This document shows positions 56,214-64,000 of a DNA stretch of 64,000 bases, one piece after another; positions within the stretch are counted from its first letter, which is position 1; every line of letters begins with the position of its first letter. Position numbers and translations under genes: made by a program. Source of the stretch: Candidatus Woesearchaeota archaeon (GTDB lineage Archaea; Nanobdellota; Nanobdellia; Pacearchaeales; GW2011-AR1); NCBI GenBank assembly GCA_964551115.1, contig CAZKBE010000001.1, positions 866-64,865 of the forward strand, written 5' to 3'. The notes beneath the pieces are model-generated. The model searched no databases and had not been told where the DNA came from. It worked only from the letters and a program-made list of their open reading frames with translations.

Positions 56214-58883
56214 TTATCTCTTATTTTTTATTACTGCATGAGCTGCGGCAAGTCTTGCAATAGGAACTCTAAATGGTGAGCAAGAAACATAACTTAGCCC
56301 AATATTGTGGCAGAATTCTACGGTTGTTGGGTCTCCGCCATGTTCGCCACAAATTCCCATTTTCATATTTTCTCGAACTTTTCTTCCCTTTTCAATTGCA
56401 ATTTTCATTAATCCACCTACGCCTATTTGATCAAGTGATTGGAAGGGATCTCTCTCGTAAATTCCCATAGATACATATTGATTTAAGAATTTCCCGGAAT
56501 CATCTCTTGAAAATCCACAAGTCATTTGTGTTAAATCATTTGTACCAAAAGAAAAGAATTCTGCTTCTTTAGCAATATCATCTGCGGTTAAAGCACCTCT
56601 TGGAACTTCAATCATTGTTCCAATAGAATATTCAAATTTAATATTTTGTTCTTGCATTACTTTCTTTGCAATAGAGTCTACTATTGCTTTTTGATTTTCA
56701 AATTCTTTGATATGTCCAACTAATGGGATCATAACTTCCGGAATAATATTTTTTCCAGATTTAACGATTTCTGCAGCTGCTTCAAAAACTGCACGAGATT
56801 GCATTTCAGAAATTTCAGGATAGGTTATACCTAGTCTACAACCTCTATGACCTAGCATTGGATTAAATTCGTGTAAATCTTCTATTTTTTTCTTTAATAT
56901 TTCTATTGAAACATTTAATTCTTTAGCAATTTCTTGAATATCTTTTTCTTCTTTTGGTAAGAATTCATGTAATGGTGGATCCAAATATCTTATAGTTACT
57001 GGAAATCCATCCATAATTTCAAATAATTCTCTAAAATCTTGTCTTTGCATAGGTAATAGTTTAGCTAATGCCTTTTCTCTTCCTTCTTTTGTTTCAGCTA
57101 GGATCATTTCTCTTACGGCTTTTATTCTTGTTTCTTCAAAGAACATATGTTCTGTTCTACAAAGCCCGATACCTTCTGCACCAAATTTAATTGCCTGTGC
57201 AGCATCTTTAGGAGTATCAGCATTTGTTCTTACTTTTAATTTTCTAATTTCATCTGCCCAGCCCATTAATGTACCAAAGTATCCTGAAAGTTCTGGTTCA
57301 ATTAAATCTACAGCACCTAAGAATACTTCTCCTGTTGCACCATCAAGTGAGATAATGTCATTTTCTTTGATTATTAGATCTTTTATTTCTATAACTTTTT
57401 CTCTTTCAGAGACTTTTATGTCTGAACAACCTGCAACACAGCATTTGCCCATTCCCCTTGCAACAACTGCCGCATGAGAAGTCATTCCACCTCTAGCAGT
57501 TAAAATTCCTTGTGCAGCATGCATACCTTCTATATCCTCCGGAGAAGTTTCTGTCCTTACCAATATCACTTTTTCCCCTTCATGAGCCATGTCAAAGGCT
57601 TTCTCTGCTGTAAACACTACTTTGCCAACTGCCGCGCCAGGTGAAGCAGGTAAGCCTTTAGCGATAACTTGTTTAGTCCTTTTGGATTTAGTGTCTAATT
57701 GTTTATGTAGAAGTTGATTTAACGATTCTGCTTCAACCTTTAACAAAGCTTCTTCTTTTGTTAAAAGACCTTCTTTAACTAACTCTACTGCAATTCTAAC
57801 AGCTGCTGCTGCTGTTCTTTTTCCATTTCTTGTTTGTAACATGTATAATTTACCTTTTTCTATTGTAAATTCCATATCTTGCATATCTTTGTAGTGTTTT
57901 TCTAATCTCTCTCTAATTTCACAAAGTTGTTTGTATATCGCTGGGCTTTGCTCAGCAAGTTTACTCATGGTTTCAGGAGTTCTAATTCCGGCTACTACGT
58001 CTTCTCCTTGGGCATTCATTAGATATTCTCCATAAAAGATATTCTCGCCTGTTGATGGATTTCTAGTGAAACAGACACCTGTTCCAGAGTCATCTCCCAT
58101 GTTTCCGAAAACCATCTCTTGAACATTAACTGCTGTTCCAAGTAAACCAAAAATATTATTCATTCTTCTATAAGCTATAGCTCTATTATTGTTCCAAGAG
58201 TTAAATACTGCATAAATCGCCATAGTTAACTGTTCGAAAACATTCGAAGGGAACATTTTACCTGTTTTTTGTTGAATTAATTCCTTATAACCTGTAATTA
58301 CTTTTCTTAGATCCTGAGCATCAAGGTCTAAGTCTAATTTAACTCCTTTGTGATCTTTTACTTCTTGTAATACTTCTTCAAAATCATGATGTTCAACACC
58401 CATAACAACACTACCAAACATTTGCATAAATCTTCTATAGGAGTCATAAGCAAAACGAGGATTTTCTGTTTTTTTTAGAATTGACTCAACAGTTTGATCG
58501 TTTAATCCAAGATTTAATATTGTATCCATCATACCAGGTAATGAAGCTGCTGCACCACTTCTAACTGAAACAAGTAATGGGTTTTCAGAACCTCCCAAAA
58601 TCTTTCCTGTTTTTTCTTCAAGTTCTTTTAGTTTTGTTTTAACCTGATCTAATACCTCTTCACTTAATACCTTGCCTTGTTTATAGAACAAATCACAGGA
58701 TTCCGTTGTAATTGTAAATCCGTTTGGTATTGGCAAACCTAATGTTTTCATTTCAGCCAAGTTAGCACCTTTACCGCCTAGAAGATTTTTCATCTCTTTT
58801 TTACCTTCTTCAAAAGAATAAACATATTTTTTTGTTTCCATGTCTTTGAAATTTTTTCTTGGTTTATAAATCTTTAGTTTCAA
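56214..58883 (-). CDS. ppdK: pyruvate, phosphate dikinase
   Basis: N-terminal ATP-grasp GGKGANLAEM, central phospho-His domain (GGMTSHAAVVARG), C-terminal PEP-utilising TIM barrel. 889 aa. Confidence 0.9.
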   Translation of the reverse strand: MKLKIYKPRKNFKDMETKKYVYSFEEGKKEMKNLLGGKGANLAEMKTLGLPIPNGFTITTESCDLFYKQGKVLSEEVLDQVKTKLKELEEKTGKILGGSENPLLVSVRSGAAASLPGMMDTILNLGLNDQTVESILKKTENPRFAYDSYRRFMQMFGSVVMGVEHHDFEEVLQEVKDHKGVKLDLDLDAQDLRKVITGYKELIQQKTGKMFPSNVFEQLTMAIYAVFNSWNNNRAIAYRRMNNIFGLLGTAVNVQEMVFGNMGDDSGTGVCFTRNPSTGENIFYGEYLMNAQGEDVVAGIRTPETMSKLAEQSPAIYKQLCEIRERLEKHYKDMQDMEFTIEKGKLYMLQTRNGKRTAAAAVRIAVELVKEGLLTKEEALLKVEAESLNQLLHKQLDTKSKRTKQVIAKGLPASPGAAVGKVVFTAEKAFDMAHEGEKVILVRTETSPEDIEGMHAAQGILTARGGMTSHAAVVARGMGKCCVAGCSDIKVSEREKVIEIKDLIIKENDIISLDGATGEVFLGAVDLIEPELSGYFGTLMGWADEIRKLKVRTNADTPKDAAQAIKFGAEGIGLCRTEHMFFEETRIKAVREMILAETKEGREKALAKLLPMQRQDFRELFEIMDGFPVTIRYLDPPLHEFLPKEEKDIQEIAKELNVSIEILKKKIEDLHEFNPMLGHRGCRLGITYPEISEMQSRAVFEAAAEIVKSGKNIIPEVMIPLVGHIKEFENQKAIVDSIAKKVMQEQNIKFEYSIGTMIEVPRGALTADDIAKEAEFFSFGTNDLTQMTCGFSRDDSGKFLNQYVSMGIYERDPFQSLDQIGVGGLMKIAIEKGRKVRENMKMGICGEHGGDPTTVEFCHNIGLSYVSCSPFRVPIARLAAAHAVIKNKR

Positions 58884-58929
58884 AAGTTCATTTCTTATTA
58901 AGTTTTAATCTTGGCCTTCGTTTTGGCTA

Positions 58930-59274
58930 CTATTTCAATAGTTCTTGAGGAATCTTATTTCCTACTAGGCTAGATATCTTTTCATAATCTAAAGAAATTT
59001 CTAGGCCAATATTATCTGGGTTTCTCTTGTTGGCTTCTAGTAGCGAATGATACGAATCTTTTAGAACTTGATAGTTTCTAATAGAATGTAAGACTTTAAA
59101 CTCAAATGGATCCAGTTTAAATTTTTCTTTTTCTTGTGATGACCATTCAAATGCCCATGAGTCTAGATTTATTATATCTTTTGAGCTTATATATTCAGAT
59201 AGGAGTGACCGAAGTTTAGAGGATTTGTCGTTTAGTTCTCGCACATTAATCTTTTTCCAATTTCTACTAGTCAT
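58930..59274 (-). CDS. hypothetical protein
   Basis: 114 aa ORF downstream of ppdK. Confidence 0.35.
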   Translation of the reverse strand: MTSRNWKKINVRELNDKSSKLRSLLSEYISSKDIINLDSWAFEWSSQEKEKFKLDPFEFKVLHSIRNYQVLKDSYHSLLEANKRNPDNIGLEISLDYEKISSLVGNKIPQELLK

Positions 59275-59332
59275 ATATTTCTATTCTCTTTCTACTATTA
59301 AAGGTTTATTATACTACAAATGCTACTAACAA

Positions 59333-59602
59333 ATGATTCTCTTAGGATATTTTTCTAAAGATTATCTTGTTCTTGTTAAGGGTATCGGCTTGGTTTTATA
59401 CAGTTTGTTAATAATTACGACTATTGATGATTTACTTCTCGCAAAAATAGTTCACACAAAAACTAAAATTAATCAAATAGTTATAATCGTTGGAGTTATT
59501 GGGGGAGCTAGTTTATTTGGTGTTGTGGGAATATTCATTGGGCCTATTTTATTGCCATTACTTATTACTTATTTTAAAACATTTAAAGAACGATTTGACT
59601 AA
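59333..59602 (+). other. 89-aa ORF resembling only the C-terminal two helices of an AI-2E (UPF0118/PerM) permease; possible gene remnant or independent mini-membrane protein
   Basis: IVIIVGVIGGASLFGVVGIFIGPILLPLLITYF resembles the conserved C-terminal GxxGxxxGPxxxxxxxxx segment of AI-2E transporters. An in-frame stop lies immediately upstream, so no longer ORF is available. Confidence 0.3.
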
Positions 59603-59629
59603 GGAAATTTATAGTGATTTAGAAGAGTA

Positions 59630-61816
59630 TCATCCGTTATAATTACAGTCTATTACCCCTGAAGGCATATTGTTAATTCCCAAGGTTTCGTCACAATCCG
59701 CTGATTTCTCCCAGCTAAAATTTTGTTTTCCTTCTGGAGGACAGGTAGAAGGTGAAAGAACATATTGCCAGTCGGAAATAGAACAAGGATCTAAGCAAGA
59801 ACCTGTTAGGTTTTCAGGATTTCCTCCTATACAGTCTACAGGAGATCTAGACATGATTGTTCTCGTTCTTGTGCCCAGTGAGTTACAGCTAGTCCAATTA
59901 CTATAAGTAAATGAATTACAAGTTGCACAAGTACTTACAAGACTTTCTGAAACTCCGCCAACGCAGCCTGTAGGGGATCTTGAGACAATAGTTCTTGTTT
60001 TTGCACCTAAACTGTTACAATTGGTCCAGTTAGAATAAGTAAAATTATTACAGGTAGGTTGGTTTGTGTTAACAATTGGTCCTCTCGCAGAGTTATTACT
60101 CGTTAAACAACTACTGCAATTCCCATAATGATCGCAATCTCCCTTACCATCACAATTTACATATCCTGTCAAACAAGTTTTATTGTCTGCATCTGTATTT
60201 TTACATTGATTTGAATTGGCGCCCAATGGTGCTCCTGCATTTATAAGTGCTAAAACGCAACTACAGCTATCACAAGTACCTTGATGTCCGCATCCTTCCT
60301 GATCATCACAATTTACATATCCCGTAGGGCAAGGAGAATTTGTGTTATAATCCCAAGCCGAACATTTACAAGTACAACTACTCGAATACTGGCATAAATT
60401 TACGCCTGACCAAGAGCCGTAATCTAAAACAGGTACATTTGCAGGTCTAGATGCACTAGAGCCTGCACCGGTAGATTCTGCACCCGTAGCGCAGAAAGTT
60501 TTAGCAGTACATCCTGTTAAAGTAACAGCATTACCATACTGTTGTTGCTCTCGGCTAGAGAACTTTCCTGTCGCTTTAACAGATCCTCCGCTTAAGGTTA
60601 CTGCTTTGCTTATATCTATTTTAGTTGTAGAAGAGAAAGTTAGTTTGTATGCCCCATTGTCTTGATCTGCTCTACAATCTGCCCAACTAACTCCTCCACC
60701 GGTCATCTTAGCATTGTCGCAGGTTAGCTTACAATCCCAGTTCATAAAAGAAGGCCACCTTACTGAAGATGCTCTTGTTCCAGACATTCCTCCCCCATAA
60801 TCTTTTACCTTAAATGCGTTCGCAGCGCAAGTACTTGCAACTGAATAACCTCCTTTACTGCCACCCATTTCTCCAGGATTTGCCGAGATTAATTGAAAGA
60901 TACTATTTCCCGTAATCGTTTCTTCTGAACCCATAGCGTTTATTGATCTGCTTGTTATGCTGTATATGCTTTCGATATTAGCAGAAACAATTTTTTGATT
61001 TTTATCTACTTTTGAGGGAACTTCATAGAATTGATCTACAAGAGGGTCATAAAACACAATTATAAATTCTTCTTCATTTAGTCCAGATAAATTAATGTCT
61101 GTATAATTTATTGAAAGTAAGGCTTTACCCGTCAGAATATCTATTTCTGGGTGTATATCATAAAATACTCCTCCGATTAAATAAGGACTTTCTTCAGAAT
61201 TAATAAAAGATGCATCATTTATATCCATAAAGAATTTATTGTCTTGAGTATTTGTAATTGAAATTTCGCTATTTTCTTGAATTGTAAGTGTAGCTCGATT
61301 ATTTCCAGATGTTAAGGTTAATGGACTATTTAGAACAAATTTATTTCCAGATTTTTTTTCTAAATCTTGTTTAATATATGATGATAACACATAGGATGAT
61401 TTAAAATCTTTAATTGTTGCATTCCCTTGTTCGGATACTATTTCTATCGGGAATATTACTTTTGTGTAGATTATTAAATTATCTTGTAATTCTATGCTGG
61501 ATATTGGCGATCCAAAATAGAATTTTGTTAAATTATCTCTTTTATTTAGTTCACCTATAGTACAATTAAGTAGTGAGCTATCTAGATATTCTTGCATTTT
61601 ATCTAGGTTTGAGAAACCCATAATTAAAACAGCTTTTTCTACATTCATATACATGCAGTCTTCTACAGATTCTTTTACAATTTTAATATTACTCGAAGAT
61701 AGGTATTCTTCTTGTATCCCTTCTCTAGAATATAATAAAAATAGAGCGATTATAGATGTTAATATAACTAAGCCAAATATTATAAATAATGTCAGTTGCC
61801 CTCGTTTATTTCTCAT
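59630..61816 (-). CDS. large (728 aa) Cys-rich surface protein with a class III (type IV pilin-like) signal peptide and internal tandem repeats; candidate adhesin/pilin
   Basis: N-terminus MRNKRGQLTLFIIFGLVILTSIIALFLL fits the archaeal prepilin-peptidase motif (K/R-G-Q followed by a hydrophobic stretch). The C-terminal 250 aa carry >40 Cys and two ~43-aa repeats (TCNxFTYSNWTxCNSLG[AT][KR]TRTI[VM]SRSP...) plus two CxTGYVNCD... repeats. Confidence 0.55.
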   Translation of the reverse strand: MRNKRGQLTLFIIFGLVILTSIIALFLLYSREGIQEEYLSSSNIKIVKESVEDCMYMNVEKAVLIMGFSNLDKMQEYLDSSLLNCTIGELNKRDNLTKFYFGSPISSIELQDNLIIYTKVIFPIEIVSEQGNATIKDFKSSYVLSSYIKQDLEKKSGNKFVLNSPLTLTSGNNRATLTIQENSEISITNTQDNKFFMDINDASFINSEESPYLIGGVFYDIHPEIDILTGKALLSINYTDINLSGLNEEEFIIVFYDPLVDQFYEVPSKVDKNQKIVSANIESIYSITSRSINAMGSEETITGNSIFQLISANPGEMGGSKGGYSVASTCAANAFKVKDYGGGMSGTRASSVRWPSFMNWDCKLTCDNAKMTGGGVSWADCRADQDNGAYKLTFSSTTKIDISKAVTLSGGSVKATGKFSSREQQQYGNAVTLTGCTAKTFCATGAESTGAGSSASRPANVPVLDYGSWSGVNLCQYSSSCTCKCSAWDYNTNSPCPTGYVNCDDQEGCGHQGTCDSCSCVLALINAGAPLGANSNQCKNTDADNKTCLTGYVNCDGKGDCDHYGNCSSCLTSNNSARGPIVNTNQPTCNNFTYSNWTNCNSLGAKTRTIVSRSPTGCVGGVSESLVSTCATCNSFTYSNWTSCNSLGTRTRTIMSRSPVDCIGGNPENLTGSCLDPCSISDWQYVLSPSTCPPEGKQNFSWEKSADCDETLGINNMPSGVIDCNYNG
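59790..60060 (-). repeat. tandem ~129-bp repeat inside the pilin-like gene
   Basis: Two adjacent copies with high nucleotide identity (e.g. ...GAGACAATAGTTCTTGTTTTTGCACC / ...GACATGATTGTTCTCGTTCTTGTGCC...). Confidence 0.6.
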
Positions 61817-61947
61817 TTATTTTTTAATAAAACTCTATTTAAATACTCTTCTATCTTATCTAATTTTAGGAGGATAGATTCATTATCTTCTTTTTGAGAA
61901 TGCTCTGTTTAAGTAATCTTTTTATACCCTAATATTATTAGATATTC

Positions 61948-64000
61948 ATGAGAAAGGATCGAGGCATTTTATTCTTTGGGATTTTATTGGTCTTATTTAT
62001 TCTAACTTATCTTAATTCGGTTAATGCTACCTGTGTAAACTGTACTAAAATAATGCCTATTGGAGATTCAATAACTGAGATGGGTGGAAGTTTGGGTTTA
62101 TCTTATAGATATTGGTTATGGAATAAACTTCAAAATGCGGGTTTTACAAATATTGATTTTGTAGGGAGCATGACTGATTCATCGACTTTGAACTTTGATA
62201 AAAATCATGAGGGGCATGGAGGTATGACTGCTGATTGGTTTTTACAATGGGATCGCCTTCCAACATGGGCTGCAACTTATAAACCCGATATTGCGTTAGT
62301 ACATATTGGTATAAATGATTACCATACTGAAACTTTTCTGTCAAATCCAAATTATAATACTGCGTTAACAACAACAATTGATGATATGGACAATATGGTA
62401 GATACTTTAAGATCCGTAAATCCCAGCATAAAAATTATCGTGGCTCAGATAATTCCCTCATTTCTTGTTCCAGATAACGAAGTAAAAAGATTTAATGCAG
62501 AGTTAGCTAGAGTTGTTCCTTTAAAAAGTACTACAACCTCTCCAATTTATTTAGTAGATATGCATAGTTGGTACAATCAAAATATTCATAGCACTGATAA
62601 AATTCACCCAAATGATTTGGGTTCTCAAATCATGGCAGATAAATGGTTTGAGGTTTTAAAAAAGATATTGCCACCACCTACAATATCAAATCCCCCAGCA
62701 AATTCACAGTGTATTTTTAATCATATAAAATATGCAAATTATTATTCGGATTTAAAAGATGCATATGGTTATGATCCAGTTTCTTTAAAAAATCACTGGA
62801 TTGACTGGGGCATTAAAGAAGGAAGAACTCCTTGCGGATCGGATATGCCCTCCTGTAGGTTTGTTAAATCCAACTACATTGAGTTGTATCCTGATGTTGA
62901 AGATGCTCATATAGATGCTTTGTATCATTATTTAACTTGGGGGCTAAACGAGGGTAGGGTTGTTTGTAATAATGAACTTGAAAGGGTATCAAAGGAATTG
63001 GTAAAAGATCCTGATTTTTTATTAGGGATTCAACAAGGAATATCTACAATCCCCTATTTAGAGACACATGATTGTCGATCTGCTTGGTCACAAAAGGTTC
63101 CTTCTATTTCAAATAATCCTCCTTGGATATTTGTAGAAATTTCTGAAAAATTACATTTTTGTGACAATGTTGATTATCCCATTGTTAATTCTAATGGCGC
63201 GATTGAATATAGATCAAACTATGGGGGTAAATCTGCCAGCATAAATCCTGATGGAAGTGTTAACTTAATGATTGATACTTCAAAAGAATGGAGAAAGGGT
63301 TGTGATTTAAGATTACCTGAAAATGGGGTGGAGCCTAAATATCCTTCAAATGAAGTGTTTTGGCCACATTTTGAAATTGCTCAAGGGATTAAAGATAGCG
63401 ATGGTTCTTTTGTACGATTAACGGATTATGAACAACTTTTATTTTCTTCGGACATTTCCCTTCTATCTGGTGAAAAAACAAGTCGTTGTGTTGAGGGTGG
63501 TGAAGGCATGATTTTATATATATATTTTACTATTTCCCTTGTTGATAGGCCTGCTGATTGCAGTGGAAAATTGTGTTCGCTTTACTTCCATTTACCAATT
63601 TTTGTATCTAATGATGGAGTTTCTAATAACATTATAACAGAGGACGTGGTTACTTTTGATAATTTTGGGACCGGTGTTGTTTGGCTTAAAGGTTATCCTG
63701 TTGCAAATATTGGTCAAACCGCAAATTATAGAGATCTTGATGTTATTTCATTATCAAAAGATTCAATGAACCTATATAAACAAAAAAATCCTCAAACAAC
63801 CATTTACCCTTTGCAAGACTATCAATTAGAATCATTATGGATAGGTTTTGAGATTTTTTCTGGAGGTTTTAAATACAACACTAAAATTAATAACCCTTCT
63901 ATTAGAGCAATCGGTTATCAAGCAATTTCTAATAAATCTTGTAATCTTCCTTGGGGCGAGACTATTTTTCATGGACAATCTGTTACTGCATACTCCTCTT
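61948..64000 (+). CDS. secreted SGNH/GDSL-family hydrolase with a large C-terminal extension; 3' end beyond the window
   Basis: Not in ORF track because there is no stop in the window. ATG at 61948: MRKDRGILFFGILLVLFILTYLNSVNA (signal peptide). IGDSITE (GDSx block I), GxND-like HIGINDY (block III), DKIHPN (DxxH block V). More than 500 aa of Cys-containing domain follow. Confidence 0.6.
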   Translation, partial: MRKDRGILFFGILLVLFILTYLNSVNATCVNCTKIMPIGDSITEMGGSLGLSYRYWLWNKLQNAGFTNIDFVGSMTDSSTLNFDKNHEGHGGMTADWFLQWDRLPTWAATYKPDIALVHIGINDYHTETFLSNPNYNTALTTTIDDMDNMVDTLRSVNPSIKIIVAQIIPSFLVPDNEVKRFNAELARVVPLKSTTTSPIYLVDMHSWYNQNIHSTDKIHPNDLGSQIMADKWFEVLKKILPPPTISNPPANSQCIFNHIKYANYYSDLKDAYGYDPVSLKNHWIDWGIKEGRTPCGSDMPSCRFVKSNYIELYPDVEDAHIDALYHYLTWGLNEGRVVCNNELERVSKELVKDPDFLLGIQQGISTIPYLETHDCRSAWSQKVPSISNNPPWIFVEISEKLHFCDNVDYPIVNSNGAIEYRSNYGGKSASINPDGSVNLMIDTSKEWRKGCDLRLPENGVEPKYPSNEVFWPHFEIAQGIKDSDGSFVRLTDYEQLLFSSDISLLSGEKTSRCVEGGEGMILYIYFTISLVDRPADCSGKLCSLYFHLPIFVSNDGVSNNIITEDVVTFDNFGTGVVWLKGYPVANIGQTANYRDLDVISLSKDSMNLYKQKNPQTTIYPLQDYQLESLWIGFEIFSGGFKYNTKINNPSIRAIGYQAISNKSCNLPWGETIFHGQSVTAYSS

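Noticed and set aside
1-64000. CRISPR arrays, rRNA genes, transposases/integrases, inteins
   Set aside because: No regularly spaced short direct repeats were seen. No rRNA-like conserved stretches. No DDE/tyrosine-recombinase-like ORFs. The large housekeeping genes (EF-2, IleRS, PPDK, MetRS) have normal lengths with no intein-sized insertions.

Overview
This is a low-GC (~30%), gene-dense segment that reads as an archaeal chromosome, probably from a small-genome DPANN-like symbiont. The archaeal call rests on aEF-2 and EF-1alpha, an archaeal-type TyrRS, TrmY, Kae1, TrmB regulators, MBF1 and a class III (prepilin-like) signal peptide. The window is dominated by translation genes: six aminoacyl-tRNA synthetases (IleRS, SerRS, ArgRS, TyrRS, GlyRS, MetRS), EF-2, EF-1alpha, five tRNAs (Ser-GGA, Gly-CCC, Pro-GGG, Ile-GAU, Lys-UUU) and tRNA-modification enzymes (Kae1, Trm5/Taw2, TrmY, Dus). 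Metabolic genes are pyruvate phosphate dikinase, acetate kinase and an AroG-type DAHP synthase. Envelope genes include two membrane GT2 glycosyltransferases, a GT-C-like protein, a presenilin/SPP-like protease, MgtE and a thioredoxin-CcdA fusion. No CRISPR array, rRNA, transposase or integrase was found. The candidates for novelty are listed below. (1) TyrRS whose class-I HIGH motif is replaced by SIAY. (2) Two translationally coupled small-protein operons: three unknown small genes plus an M29 aminopeptidase in an island of elevated GC, and a second TrmB paralog followed by three small ORFs. (3) A four-gene minus-strand cluster: a coiled-coil 500-aa protein, a membrane protein, a disordered K/E-rich protein and a split xylose-isomerase-like TIM barrel with a prion-like tail. 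(4) A giant Cys-rich pilin-like surface protein with tandem repeats, next to a secreted SGNH hydrolase. (5) A DEAD-box helicase with an RGG/SR-like tandem-repeat tail and a repeat-containing leader. Several small genes absent from the ORF track are also proposed (22454..22603 and 44995..45141 on the minus strand; an edge-truncated helicase at 1..842 on the minus strand; an SGNH hydrolase from 61948 on the plus strand).
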